Virus record (IMG/VR): IMGVR_UViG_3300006076_000002
Location: 28,859 to 92,858 of that record
DNA: 64,000 bases
Direction: 5' to 3' (one strand)
Source: a virus
Shown here: piece by piece, positions 29,601-39,035 of the stretch
How the letters are laid out: each line of letters opens with the position of its first letter
Numbering within the stretch: the stretch's first letter is position 1
Translations under genes and position numbers: made by a program
Notes under the pieces: generated by a model
The model's input: only the letters and a program-made list of their open reading frames with translations
Told to the model about the DNA's origin: nothing
Database searches by the model: none

Positions 29601-31820
29601 TGTTGTTAAATGAGTCATTAAGTCATCTATATTTTTATTTAACCCAGGTTTACCATCTGAACTACCATTCAGTATAACCTTTTTCATAGCATCTTTAACT
29701 TTAACGTTCTTAGGATCATCAACCTTGCTAGCTATACTTTGAAACGTAGGTACATTTGTCATTGCTCTATTAGCGGCATCTCTACTAGCCGCTAGTTCTT
29801 CATCTGTAGTTACCTTGGCTTCTACCGGTTTACTACCTTTAGGTAATTTACTTTTTAAACTATTCACTGCGTTTGATAATTCTGCTACACCTTGAGTTGC
29901 ACCTGCAATGTGTCCACCTGCTAGCCCTTCTATACCAGCCACTTTAGCATCTAATTGATTCTTCTCATTAGCTATTATGCTTTGTAGGTCATCACCTTTC
30001 TTACCAGTATCCCACTGTTTACCTAGTATGTCTGCCCACTGTTGTAAGTACTCTTCAGTACCTTCTACTGCCATACCCTTACCGCCTGCAGCTGCCATCC
30101 TACCTGCTGACTTTAGTACTGAATGCCATAATTTATCAGTTGCTTTCTTACCTAGTACGCTAACTGAGTCTTTCAATGCTACTTTAATCGGTTTAGTGAT
30201 TACCATTGCACTCTCTAACCCTATGTAAGTCTGTAATGCTGCTGATATACTAGCTAATGCAATGTCTTCTCCTCCAGTGTGTTTCTGCCCTTCAGCTTCA
30301 TTTCTAGCTGCTAAGGTATCATTAGCTATTCCAGTGAACATCGCAGTAGCACCGGCTCTCTCTATTCCTTTAGCTAGTACTTTCTGAGCCATGTTTAGCT
30401 TGTTATTAGCAGCAGCAGTCAACTTCTCTGCTTGCACTACCTTACCAGCTTTCATTAACTGTGCAGCTTTCTCATATGCCTTACCTATTTTACTGCCATT
30501 CTTAACTACCATCATGCCAGCTTTTGCTTCACCAGCCCCTATCATGAATGTACCAACGCTACCAACTACGTTACCCACGATGTTACCACTACGCATTGCA
30601 TGCCATGCAGCCATCCCGTAGTTACCTTTCTTTATGTCATCCTCTACTTGTGCTTGTTCTCTTTGTGCTTGATCAGTGTTAACTCCGTATGTTGCATCTG
30701 CCATCTGACCTATGTTCTCGTTCGTGTAGTACTCTTTCGTATCGTTGTACCCATCACCACCTAACCAACTAGCTACTCCATTCATCTTGAAACTGTGGGC
30801 TATGGCATCTTTCTTCTCTGCTTCTAGTTTAGCTCTTTCTTCTTTACTTGTGGCATTAGCTATTTGATGGTCATAGTAAGCTTCTTCTGCTTTACCTATC
30901 AACCAGTCAGGTGCGTCATTAGCTACTGCATCTATTGCCTGACCTATTGTACTAGTAACTGTACTTGCAGTTCCTTTAGCGACCCCTTCTAGGAATCCTT
31001 GATCACCAAATTTAGCTTTGTTTAATGCAGCTAGTAATGCTTCTCCATTATCTACCGGTTGTATTTCACCTTTATTACCGAATGAGTCTTCGTATGCGAA
31101 TCTTCCACCTGTATTAACTTGGTTATCATTATGCATTACCGCATTTATGTCTACCCCTTCTTTATTCGCTAAGTATCCTAGTTCACGTGACATATTCGAT
31201 TTTTGTACACCTTTTACCTTTACTGGTATATTCATGCCATTGCCGCCACTGTAGGCATTTTTACTTAAGTCCGTCCTAGCTCCCGGTATGTATGGTGCTT
31301 CCCAGTCACTATTACCATTTACTATATCAGCTAGTTGCTGTATCTTATTCATGTTAGCTACATCTAGCATGTCTTGCTCAGTAATGTTAGCTGCAGTCTT
31401 GTGTGCATTTGGATTGTTTTGGTTTATTACGTCAGCAACGCCTTGTCTTTGTGCATCCATTGATAGTGCACTTTTACTGTATTTGTATTTTTCTGGTTGG
31501 TTACGCTTTAAGCTGGGTTCTACTCCATACATATCGTATGGACGATTACCGTGTAAGGTCTCTACTGCATCTATTCCAGCAGTTCTGTATGTGGATTCTT
31601 TACCTGTTGTAGGATCGATTGTAGTGAATCCATCACCGTCATCCCCTGTGTATTTGAGTATGGCATCACTGTAAGTACTAAGTCTATCTCCTGATAGTTT
31701 GTTAATCTTATCTTGTGCTCTTTGCTGTAAGTTGTCTACTTTAGTATTAGTTGAATTCGACCCAAATGCTGCTATGTTTTCCGCTATGTTTTCTGCTGGG
31801 TCTTGTAGGTATTGAGGCAT
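23679..31820 (-). CDS. giant virion-encapsidated single-subunit RNA polymerase (N4 gp50-like), N-terminal and catalytic portion
   Basis: Motif A LETDAVTSG, motif B RAFMKHPFMVLNYGSG, motif C GVHDA; 2713 aa; a single Cys (penultimate residue); N4 synteny. Confidence 0.88.
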   Translation of the reverse strand: MPQYLQDPAENIAENIAAFGSNSTNTKVDNLQQRAQDKINKLSGDRLSTYSDAILKYTGDDGDGFTTIDPTTGKESTYRTAGIDAVETLHGNRPYDMYGVEPSLKRNQPEKYKYSKSALSMDAQRQGVADVINQNNPNAHKTAANITEQDMLDVANMNKIQQLADIVNGNSDWEAPYIPGARTDLSKNAYSGGNGMNIPVKVKGVQKSNMSRELGYLANKEGVDINAVMHNDNQVNTGGRFAYEDSFGNKGEIQPVDNGEALLAALNKAKFGDQGFLEGVAKGTASTVTSTIGQAIDAVANDAPDWLIGKAEEAYYDHQIANATSKEERAKLEAEKKDAIAHSFKMNGVASWLGGDGYNDTKEYYTNENIGQMADATYGVNTDQAQREQAQVEDDIKKGNYGMAAWHAMRSGNIVGNVVGSVGTFMIGAGEAKAGMMVVKNGSKIGKAYEKAAQLMKAGKVVQAEKLTAAANNKLNMAQKVLAKGIERAGATAMFTGIANDTLAARNEAEGQKHTGGEDIALASISAALQTYIGLESAMVITKPIKVALKDSVSVLGKKATDKLWHSVLKSAGRMAAAGGKGMAVEGTEEYLQQWADILGKQWDTGKKGDDLQSIIANEKNQLDAKVAGIEGLAGGHIAGATQGVAELSNAVNSLKSKLPKGSKPVEAKVTTDEELAASRDAANRAMTNVPTFQSIASKVDDPKNVKVKDAMKKVILNGSSDGKPGLNKNIDDLMTHLTTLDSLDSTPEIITEKELVTKHLQDALNLRRKLNGESEILGNRDPKEIAKDMAEVQTELADITDETVKSEKVKELAKLKAEKLVSDLVHSKDFNGVTVVDKANKNESLALKLLGGEYKGKRKLGMLEHLDAVINAQSDTARDSAIIAMNKFMSTQAEKRDAFKAAQRVYKEKADNLRETIKNLEAIGKDAAGLDKAKNDLAKLKVDVNYPGSKYVYDGKKSEGFTAKLEKEYKLLQDINSLATDTINGTLEVGKPQQAETTQQKVEEAAPVVEGAVKEKNANVQTATVAGIPIRYYSADASNGQLAGTSSDGSKIRLSKNITAKKVLDYLSTHREFKDEKSKEVILTKQQVTDSINKDYSIDFLDTISKLSPQDIRKFLLLHEYRHTQQIGKYGKEEFRKKYTADPALYEKDANVFALKKLGLLNKGKIDAKQNEETKVVTEEKSTTTGTEQSTGQGNTESTKPKQEELTGIDKEIANLEVEIKELEKEVYEKQNTLDKLTDGYNFKNTKRHILRNAIQTRMWTAKQLEKSNASIKRINSYIASIDSSVDALYNKLAETTNKKVESSIQQAIDKKVAKKDELEYKKDFIKDQTQGKERKLTETRKKTIKRILQMQEVNNKVKDTKAAIKEKKSELIDKTAERDNKVASSILAWTADNKSHHVTEAKNGVDVAYGKGYLHEFFKAATEPKNLNATALDVLRELLAQKKETLSSVAQKNLLTAGVTIKKLTGSVQSVVENDLSSARANMVWFGTDSVEGFQSVSRMLMAYTVPEGEFANKGKLELNGKVAEALATSAVEVLTDSMAKFDSERRDNNAVRALKGMDKNAPVSQTDRMSIKDFDGIMDYVSSTIGNKAWKALGLKAVKDAPEGLDTEYIEQKLKAELGMLGMLALEKAEYIILNAKDRDIKLKKEMVFKKGYKTPAAMIYENDKDAGKPDIVTYNLTTTAKDLIKAHKGMTTDLEKVLEPTEDSLGIYTEDNKHEMEDTPTEHQSVSKLFSVSEPRVKAVKKQSDTRLTIGEDFMTGLDKLDGIADTTGYDENGEDVPYSLLDKILGKVDPDTIYVNEREGAKGKNDAIDRQKKLLDEVYEATDKGKKPFWQKWRILTNFRFGIIGGKFDHQSILLHRFATDMGKAEVKLGSTEEKILKLAIGQALGVDVDKLPMGKSIKQYAGLEAKVNGVFGDAKIPTIQDITNDDLKELVDVLGVHDEHGIKGMIEILKYMNHKESASDEAYMSTIMLETDAVTSGYILKMLQMPIFVKGGKLDMKKTFEELERGGFMRVKDGHVPKYSEIADDKTKRDAYQEPAELFRQKVENAKKVNINVKGEIKGVVLDNSKGLAELKFVDPVPSFIGKPVPHPALVKGTQAEIEKRAKGILQGMEVAMELLGEGTRDGEEHLIEEISRAFMKHPFMVLNYGSGMKGIINSIAKRALSTSGTPYPSKSNLNALMTTMATSKKVSEVEGAFDLMKRALKASSYLMVDPSTGKKMYYDKQSEAVDAWLGKLRAELDKTPMNVLNMKIPDNFYEMVQEHVARVVGKPIRDTFEEQYGELIKATRTTNSTIALIGKIALEEVNKQIDIETKKKNEGKHKSKWVPLTTKEVDAILKANKVILPIINMALDNGNGDQMVLFKTAKGDWTEGTMNTAINLQGKIERANGDKLRANSELYKMVVAFTSGAVMPIHAQDASIQAEVLAKWEALGVHDANFATVDKAMGVTKSYNKSAYHLSKDWSLTTEMLDSLYATLNGVDKEVIQKVEDDTAMESVLNVVRKMLTNPVSDIYDMIQGEAPTALDGLSYAEQKELVVEIGKNQNEVLAAVKTFLSKLDGDLSDAYNEYLNTVSEMDMSDNARIAMMSVGRMRDITHLPTMRSTVKEMEQLQKRAEEGRKVLFETDFSVGHSALDGAEYRAEGKEEYVPKVPKNKLDKSKLPKELVYENHSVEPDEVVDTPLANRPLQEVKAETNPEMDIIANKILDQLECD

Positions 31821-31855
31821 TTGTAGTCCTTAGTAGATATAATATTTATTATCGT

Positions 31856-31877
31856 ATTATACCATAACTAAGCTTAC
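31856..31877 (-). promoter_or_regulatory. promoter GTAAGC-N10-TATAAT (TGn extended -10) for vRNAP
   Basis: Matches motif; AAGGA RBS downstream. Confidence 0.6.
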
Positions 31878-33538
31878 TTTAGGTTCTTTCTAGCAGTTGG
31901 ATTTAGCAAGGTGTTAGCAAGGTTTATATTCCTACTTTGCTGCAATGCCTTTATATTACGCAGTTGTTCCGCAGATAATGAACTTTTTGAAGGTTCACGA
32001 TTTATTAACCCATTTAAGAAGTTCTCTACATCTCCCCCATTAGGTATTATATGCTTAGGGTGGGCTTTATCGTACTTTTCCTTAGCTATGTAGAATGATA
32101 AGGTATCAGGATATTCAGTCACCAGCATACCTGGTTTGTAAGGGTTTAAGGCAGATCTGTTTACCTCTTTACTAACTTCCTTACGCTTTTTATTATTATG
32201 GGCAGTATTTACTTTTATTCCTTTAGCTGCTTCATTTAGCCATATGCTATCATTTGCTATTGCTTTATTTACTCGACTTTGTTGTTTACTGCCTAATCCA
32301 CCATACATGCTTGCAAACCCTTCAGGATTATTTACTGCTAGGCTAGCTAATGCGTGATCCCCTTTAGGGCTGTTCAATGCATCTAGTAGTGCATTACTTG
32401 TAGGTGCTTCCTTCTTATGTTGAGTACTACTACTCTGTTTACCCGTACTTGTTGTAATTGACTTACCTAATCTGTCAAGTATCTTGTTGTAATTGTTTCT
32501 ATCAGCTAGTAACTGCCCTAACGACTTTGACGTAACGTAGTTTGGGGTAATCTTAGCTATCTGTTTATCAGTTAATCCTGGTACTGCTGCTTTATTTCTA
32601 CCTGCATAACCGTATTCATTACGTAAGCCATCAACGTACTTTGCAACGTCTTTAGCTATTTTACCATTATTCTGGTATTCGAACTTGTAGTTAGTACCCC
32701 ATGTACCTGGATCTTTTGAGTGTGTGATGTACTCGTATGCTTCTGCAGGTGTGTACCCTTTTATGATTTTTTCTTTACCATTTACTGTTTCAGTTCGTGG
32801 AGATGTTAGTAAGTTGAACAAGGTCTTAGCTTGTTTATCATCGTACTTGATCGGCATGTAATCAGGTGAAGCTTTATTAGTTAACAAATCTAGGTATTTT
32901 TCATTGTCGCCCGGTTTGTGTGCAAATGTATAATGACCACCAGTGGACTTACTACCATCTTTACTATTAGCTATGTTAGCTTTCATTCCCATTTGTACTA
33001 GGAACTGCTCTCTTTTCACTCTTTTATCTTCCGCGTCGTTGTACGCTTTAGTTTGAGCTGCTTCATTAGCTAGTATCTCTTTCTTAGTATCGAATTGTTG
33101 ACTCAGTAACTTTGCAGCATTAGCTGCTTCCTGTGCAGTACCACCAGCAGCAAGCACCTTATTCGATACGTATTGACTAGCTTCACTTTGTGTTGGATTA
33201 TACCCCTGTGTATACGTATCATTAAATACCTGCATCTCTTTAGGCGTAAGTTCGCGTTTACCGTTATTAGTTATTTGGTTATACTTATCAACAACAGCAG
33301 TATTAGTTCGCATTAGTAGGTCTTCTGGTCTTACTGATTGAGCATCGAATCCTTTAGCTAAGTCGGAAACTGCACTTTGCACACCCAACTTTCTCTGACG
33401 GTCTTCTTGCTCATCCTGGAACCGTTTAGCTAGTATCTGGTTCTGGAATGCTTGCTGATTTAATGCAACCTGATCTCGCATTCTTTGACGTGATGCATCT
33501 TGTAAATTGTGGCTTACCTGTAAAAATTCTGATTGCAT
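31874..33538 (-). CDS. internal virion/ejection protein (N4 gp51 position)
   Basis: Cys-free, Q/A/N-rich; immediately upstream of vRNAP. Confidence 0.6.
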   Translation of the reverse strand: MQSEFLQVSHNLQDASRQRMRDQVALNQQAFQNQILAKRFQDEQEDRQRKLGVQSAVSDLAKGFDAQSVRPEDLLMRTNTAVVDKYNQITNNGKRELTPKEMQVFNDTYTQGYNPTQSEASQYVSNKVLAAGGTAQEAANAAKLLSQQFDTKKEILANEAAQTKAYNDAEDKRVKREQFLVQMGMKANIANSKDGSKSTGGHYTFAHKPGDNEKYLDLLTNKASPDYMPIKYDDKQAKTLFNLLTSPRTETVNGKEKIIKGYTPAEAYEYITHSKDPGTWGTNYKFEYQNNGKIAKDVAKYVDGLRNEYGYAGRNKAAVPGLTDKQIAKITPNYVTSKSLGQLLADRNNYNKILDRLGKSITTSTGKQSSSTQHKKEAPTSNALLDALNSPKGDHALASLAVNNPEGFASMYGGLGSKQQSRVNKAIANDSIWLNEAAKGIKVNTAHNNKKRKEVSKEVNRSALNPYKPGMLVTEYPDTLSFYIAKEKYDKAHPKHIIPNGGDVENFLNGLINREPSKSSLSAEQLRNIKALQQSRNINLANTLLNPTARKNLK

Positions 33539-33548
33539 TATCTATCCT

Positions 33549-34139
33549 TTATTGTTTCGCATACATCTTAGCAGCTTCAGCATTCGCTTTAGCATAGTTC
33601 TCACCTCTAATTTTTCTATCATTTCTAGAGTCATCATACTTTCTTTTAGCTAGTCCGTAAGTTTTTAACCCTAAGTCATACTGTTTATTAATCTGATCTT
33701 GACGTTGAGCTAGTGTTTTATTATTAGAAGTTATTCCGTATATATCCATACCTACACCGTATAAGCTCTGTAGTCCTTTGAATCCAGCAGAAGTTGTGAA
33801 GTCACCACTAACTTTAATAGGCTCCATTTTACCAGTTTCTGGGTTAAATTTATAACTTGTTTGCTCTTGTGGTTTCCACGCTTTATCCCATTTTTCAGAG
33901 AATCCATCAAATATACCAGAGTTATTTGTAGTAGGTGCAGTTGTAGTAGGTTTAGCAAAGTATCCTACATTTTTATCATTAAATACTAATCCGTTAGCAC
34001 CCATCTTAGCAGCTAGTTCTGGGTACTTTTCTGCAAAAGAGTTAAATTTATTCATATCAATTAATGTAGAACCGTCATAACCTTTACCACTAACTAGTGA
34101 AGAAGCTAATCCACCATTATTTAAAAAATCGTAACCCAT
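33549..34139 (-). CDS. small ejection protein (N4 gp52 position)
   Basis: Cys-free; Gly-rich amphipathic segment followed by coiled coil; synteny. Confidence 0.6.
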   Translation of the reverse strand: MGYDFLNNGGLASSLVSGKGYDGSTLIDMNKFNSFAEKYPELAAKMGANGLVFNDKNVGYFAKPTTTAPTTNNSGIFDGFSEKWDKAWKPQEQTSYKFNPETGKMEPIKVSGDFTTSAGFKGLQSLYGVGMDIYGITSNNKTLAQRQDQINKQYDLGLKTYGLAKRKYDDSRNDRKIRGENYAKANAEAAKMYAKQ

Positions 34140-34188
34140 ACTATATCCTTATGTACTTTTATTAAAGTATTTCTATTAACGTATTATA

Positions 34189-37100
34189 TCATAATACTGG
34201 CAATTTTGCATCTGCTGATACTATCGGTACCATTACTTCTCGCATAGTGGAAGATAATAACACAGCAGAAGGTGCTGCTGTATCAGCTTGAGCAGTAACG
34301 CTTGAAGTATATACTAAGTAGTCTGGAGAGAAATTAGCACCTACTAACCATTCAGGGACATTTACAGGGTCGTAGTTTTCATCTTCTAAGGTACTAACTA
34401 ATATATCTCTAAATACTTCTACATATGACTCGTGTACACTATCTTTTTCAACTAATTTATTTAGTTCTTTATTTTTATGTTCTAATACAGCCATTTTAGT
34501 TTTATAGTCAGCATCCATATGTTTCATTTTCTGCTCAGTTTCGTAATCAGATATAGTAGAAGCTATACCTGCTATAGTACCGATGTTTTGTAGTAACGTT
34601 TGTTCAGCAAAGTGATCCACTATTGCTACAGCTATGTCTGATATAGATGCATTCTCAAGCGCAGTCAACAACTCGCTACTAACACCATTACCTATCGCTC
34701 CTGCACCCATGGTAAGTGCTGCGACAATTACCATTCTTAGCATCGGATTCATATCAGGAGCAAGTATGCTCATACCTATACTTATAGCCATACCACCTAC
34801 TAATCCTCCGAGAAATGACCCCAATGTTAATGAAGCCCCACCTGTTTCAGGGGCAGTAAGTATTATGATAGCTATTCCAGCTACTATTAATACAAACCCA
34901 AAGAAACCACTTTGGTACCATTTAATATGTACCACCTTTCTAGAGTAGGTGTACAGAAACAGGTTACTGCTATATAGTACAGTGTATTCCCTAAAAGCTA
35001 ATTCTTTATTTATAATATCAGGGTATACAATCACTAGTTGATCTAACTTGTCTCCACCTTTTATAGTAGTGGTACCCCAACCATTATCAGAACCTACTTG
35101 ACTAGTAGATATAGAGTATACACCGTCATAGGATTGAAATATTCCTGTAATGTTCTTATAAGTATATCTAATAGCTGTACCATCAGCAGCTATAAAATAT
35201 GCATAAAGAACTATAGTGTACAAATTGGTAGTTGTATCTGAATCCCCAATGTTAGTAGTAGTATAGGTACTTGTGTGTTCTTTAGCTATCCTAGCAGCGT
35301 ATTTAGGTCTCTTATTACCATTAGTAGCATATAACTCAGTATACTCGGCTGTAGTAGTAAAATTAGCTATTGTGTCTTTTACTATAGTATAAGAATAGGT
35401 TGCATTCATATTACTAGCATGATACGTAATGGTAGTAGCTGCTCCTTCCACTACTCCAGAACCTGTTAACTTATCCGCTAATTTATACATTACTTTTGCT
35501 CTAGCATTATAAGGATCAACAACTAGTTTTGTAGTATCTATAGTTGCTTCTGCGTCGTTACTACTTTCAAATATTGCTAAACCAACAAATATTGTAGACG
35601 TAAAAGTATCAGGAGACGAAACAGTAGACTCCATCAAACTACTAACACCATCTTCATCCATCCCTAAAGATTTCATTACTCTCAACATTTTTCCGAGTTT
35701 AGGGTCTGGATCTCCATCTTTATATTTATTTATTCCAGCAACTAAAGTAGCTTTTGAGTAATTACTGTCATATTTACTAATAAGATTCTCAAAATCAGGA
35801 TTTTTAGTATCCCATAAGTAGGTGTCTAATTCTTCAAAAGAGCCAACTATACTAGTATTACCGATATCCAGCTGAAAAGATACACTAAGATCTAAATCAG
35901 GCTGATTTTGTATTTGTCGCTCAACATAAGTACCACCTGTCCATCCATCTTCCACTTCCACTAGTTCATACTTAGGTTGAACATAAGTCTTAAGTAAATC
36001 TATAATATACTTTTTAGCCTTAAGCAGAGGAGTGTCTGCATAAACAGCCCAACCATTAGTTTTTAAAGGAATCATAGGAGTAGTATCTTCAATGTCAATA
36101 GTAGTAAGTACACTTTTATCAGCCAACATGTACATAGTACTATCTAACTCTACACTATCCCCTAAGCTATTGGTAACTGTCTTAGTATAGTTTACCGGAA
36201 CCACTTTAGAGGTTAACTCATAAAATGCTGTAGTATTAAATCCCAATCTAGCAACAAGGGTGAAACCGTCCAGTATAACTGCGCCTTTCATAACCGATAA
36301 TGCATTTGGTGATATAACAACACCATCAAAGTCTGATAACCCTGGTCCAGGTATAAGTTTTATTTCCTGCTCGTAGGTTACAAAACTATTATAGATTGTG
36401 GACTCCACAGGTTTTGTATAGTATATTGAATAGTTATTATTAGCGTAATTCCTAAATTGTTCTAAGGCAACCCATCCATGATACTTATCCGTCACAGTTG
36501 GTACTATTAGTTCTGTCTTTACAGGTCTATACTCAATAGGGGAGTTGGTAAGAACACTAATACCTATTCCACAGTTAAGAGGCTCATACTCAGTTACAAC
36601 TGTCGTAGTAACAGTTTTAGTACAAGTATCTACTGTAGTCTCATTACCGTCATCATCCGTCTCTGTTCGAGTACCTGCTGTATATGTAGTTTCCACTGTA
36701 GTGGTAACTATCTCATTCATATCGCCTTCTATAGTGTATTTAGCAGTAATGTCTAAAGTAGTAGATATTGATAAGTTGTTACTTATTGTGACTTGTGCTG
36801 TTTCACTTGTTTCAGGTTTAGTGTAGTATCCTTCATTAAGCGTTTCTACTACATCTGTAGTAACAGTATCTGATTCAGTACATTCTCCATCTTTAGTAGT
36901 CTCTTCAACAGTTACTTCATCTTCTTTACCCTTAGCTTTACCTGTTAAAGCACCTACAAAAACAGCAGTGTTAGCATCTATATTGCTAATTGTAGCATAG
37001 AACCAGTCTATTCCAGATATAGCTTTCAGACCTAACTCAAGAGTTCCAACCTCTATGGTACCTGCTATAGTATCTACTGAGTTAAGCCACCAAAAAGCAT

Positions 37101-37761
37101 TACCGCTAAATCTATCTTTCATAACTGCTAATAAGTCTTTGGGGTGCAAATAACCTTTTAAAGTGTTTATTTGAGTTTTATTATACTCAGTATCAATATA
37201 AATGTCTCTATAAGATAGTTCCTCTTCAGCATTTAAGTATATCTCTCTTACATGCTTTGATGGAGAAATACCGGTTATATTTCTACTGTAAACTGTTGCG
37301 GAATTTGAACTATAGGAAAATCTACAAACTATATCTAAATCATCTATCATATAACCGTCTACTTGTCGCAGGTTACCTACAATAGCTCTAACCTTATCAT
37401 CTACAGTTGTTAGATTGTTTAAAATTTCTGAACCAGATACTGATTTAACTACGATAGAATTGTCATTTAAATCACTTCTTAACTTACTTTGTATTGCAGG
37501 TATGTCAAATTTATATAATGCCATTGTAGAAGTAGTTGCTACTCCTGCTTTCTCTAAATACTTAGGTGAATACTTCTTACGTATTTGTTTGGCCATATAC
37601 CATTTACTTTTAGCATACCCTTCAACACCACCATCCATATAGGCTTTATTTAACCTTAACTTAGACTGTTTCCACAGGTCCTCTGACAGTTTAGGATTCG
37701 TTTTTAATGGCTGTATACCATAACTTTTATATACTTCATTATGACCACTAAACAAACCCAT
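34189..37761 (-). CDS. N4 gp53-like structural protein with C-terminal membrane segments
   Basis: Starts MGLFSG; KWYQSGFFGFVLIV followed by hydrophobic Gly-rich helices. Confidence 0.7.
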   Translation of the reverse strand: MGLFSGHNEVYKSYGIQPLKTNPKLSEDLWKQSKLRLNKAYMDGGVEGYAKSKWYMAKQIRKKYSPKYLEKAGVATTSTMALYKFDIPAIQSKLRSDLNDNSIVVKSVSGSEILNNLTTVDDKVRAIVGNLRQVDGYMIDDLDIVCRFSYSSNSATVYSRNITGISPSKHVREIYLNAEEELSYRDIYIDTEYNKTQINTLKGYLHPKDLLAVMKDRFSGNAFWWLNSVDTIAGTIEVGTLELGLKAISGIDWFYATISNIDANTAVFVGALTGKAKGKEDEVTVEETTKDGECTESDTVTTDVVETLNEGYYTKPETSETAQVTISNNLSISTTLDITAKYTIEGDMNEIVTTTVETTYTAGTRTETDDDGNETTVDTCTKTVTTTVVTEYEPLNCGIGISVLTNSPIEYRPVKTELIVPTVTDKYHGWVALEQFRNYANNNYSIYYTKPVESTIYNSFVTYEQEIKLIPGPGLSDFDGVVISPNALSVMKGAVILDGFTLVARLGFNTTAFYELTSKVVPVNYTKTVTNSLGDSVELDSTMYMLADKSVLTTIDIEDTTPMIPLKTNGWAVYADTPLLKAKKYIIDLLKTYVQPKYELVEVEDGWTGGTYVERQIQNQPDLDLSVSFQLDIGNTSIVGSFEELDTYLWDTKNPDFENLISKYDSNYSKATLVAGINKYKDGDPDPKLGKMLRVMKSLGMDEDGVSSLMESTVSSPDTFTSTIFVGLAIFESSNDAEATIDTTKLVVDPYNARAKVMYKLADKLTGSGVVEGAATTITYHASNMNATYSYTIVKDTIANFTTTAEYTELYATNGNKRPKYAARIAKEHTSTYTTTNIGDSDTTTNLYTIVLYAYFIAADGTAIRYTYKNITGIFQSYDGVYSISTSQVGSDNGWGTTTIKGGDKLDQLVIVYPDIINKELAFREYTVLYSSNLFLYTYSRKVVHIKWYQSGFFGFVLIVAGIAIIILTAPETGGASLTLGSFLGGLVGGMAISIGMSILAPDMNPMLRMVIVAALTMGAGAIGNGVSSELLTALENASISDIAVAIVDHFAEQTLLQNIGTIAGIASTISDYETEQKMKHMDADYKTKMAVLEHKNKELNKLVEKDSVHESYVEVFRDILVSTLEDENYDPVNVPEWLVGANFSPDYLVYTSSVTAQADTAAPSAVLLSSTMREVMVPIVSADAKLPVL

Positions 37762-37773
37762 ATTTATACCTTT

Positions 37774-38985
37774 TTAGGACTGTTCTGTAGATGGGAATGG
37801 TGCCACTCCTGCAGCCTCTCTAATTAAGTTTTCTAACCCATTAATACCTTTTTCTGTCCAAGAGTGTGGCGGCGTTTGTTTAGCAGCCGGTAAGTCTGCA
37901 TACGCCATTGCAAACCCTCCAGAAGCATCTTTAAATAAATCTTTGAGTAAACTATCTCCCAAAGCTTTTTCCTGTCTGGTTAATAAACTTGCTTGATTAG
38001 TTTTTACTAAGATATCTTTATCTTTAACTTCTCTAGTCTTAGCTGCGTTGGCTGCTACTTCTGCTTTTTGTGCGGCTATAAGGTCTTTTTCTGCTTCTAC
38101 CTTGTCTTTCTGTGCAGGAAGTATGTTTTCTAACTCATAATCTTTAGCCTCTTTGTTTACATTAACTAATGCTGTTTGAGCTGCTACTTCTGAACCTTGT
38201 GTGTCTATAAACTCAGTTTCTGCTTCAACTTTATTCTTTTGCGCTGGAAGAATATTAGTTTTTTCGTAATCTTTAGCTTCTTTATTCACATTGACTAGGG
38301 CTGTTTGGGCTTCTACTTCTGCTCCTTGTGCATTTACAAGTTCTGTTTCTGCTTCAACTTTACCTTTCTGCACAGCTTTATTTAATAAATCCTGTGCAGA
38401 TTGTGCCTCAGCTATGAGTGTTTTTCTTTCTTCTACTTCTACTTGTTTAGGTAACACAACTTCTACTTCATAATTTATCTTTGCCTTATTACTATCTTCT
38501 AGTGCTGCTTGTTTGTCTTTGAGTATTCTGTCTTTAACACCATTAGCTACCAATTCACTATCTTGAGTTTGCAGTAGATCTATTTCTTCTAATAGTTTAT
38601 TTTTCTGTTCAGGTAGTATGTTAGCATTCTCATAATCTTTACCTACCTTCTGAGAGTTTATCAATGCTGTTTGAGCTTCTATTTCAGCCCGTTTAGCAGC
38701 ACCATCCAACTCTGCTTGCTCTCTTTGAGTAATTAGTAAATCAGTCTGCGCTTCCACTTGTTTCTCTTGCAGTAAATATTGCATACTTTGTGCAATTACA
38801 CTTTGCATACCACCTAAGTAAACATTAGCATAGTCTGTAGATGTGATTCTACCTTGGTTATACTGTCCTTCGATATTCTTATTAACTGCTGAAATAAGCT
38901 TATCGAATACACCAGTACCAACCCACTCATTATTACTGTCTAATGAACCGTTAACTAAGTCTGTTATTACTAAATCTGTAGCCAT
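37774..38985 (-). CDS. N4 gp54-like structural protein
   Basis: GTGVFDKL...GRITSTDYANVY N-terminus; long coiled coil. Confidence 0.75.
   Translation of the reverse strand: MATDLVITDLVNGSLDSNNEWVGTGVFDKLISAVNKNIEGQYNQGRITSTDYANVYLGGMQSVIAQSMQYLLQEKQVEAQTDLLITQREQAELDGAAKRAEIEAQTALINSQKVGKDYENANILPEQKNKLLEEIDLLQTQDSELVANGVKDRILKDKQAALEDSNKAKINYEVEVVLPKQVEVEERKTLIAEAQSAQDLLNKAVQKGKVEAETELVNAQGAEVEAQTALVNVNKEAKDYEKTNILPAQKNKVEAETEFIDTQGSEVAAQTALVNVNKEAKDYELENILPAQKDKVEAEKDLIAAQKAEVAANAAKTREVKDKDILVKTNQASLLTRQEKALGDSLLKDLFKDASGGFAMAYADLPAAKQTPPHSWTEKGINGLENLIREAAGVAPFPSTEQS
38053..38310 (-). repeat. two tandem 129-nt (43-aa) repeats in the gp54-like gene
   Basis: AQTALVNVNKEAKDYE..NILPAQK.KVEAE twice, plus a diverged third copy upstream. 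Confidence 0.8.
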
Positions 38986-39007
38986 TGTTACTCCTCATAA
39001 ATATAAC

Positions 39008-39029
39008 AGACCCTACCTAAGTAGAGTCT
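39008..39029 (-). terminator. probable rho-independent terminator after the gp55-like gene
   Basis: AGACTCTAC-TTAG-GTAGGGTCT followed by GTTATATTT. Confidence 0.5.
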
Positions 39030-39035
39030 ATATAG

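Noticed and set aside
20486-31674. Many long + strand ORFs opposite the vRNAP genes (e.g. 26275..27075), and similar ones opposite portal, tail and gp57-like genes
   Set aside because: Ser/Leu/Phe-rich antisense shadows produced by codon bias; no RBS or protein motifs.
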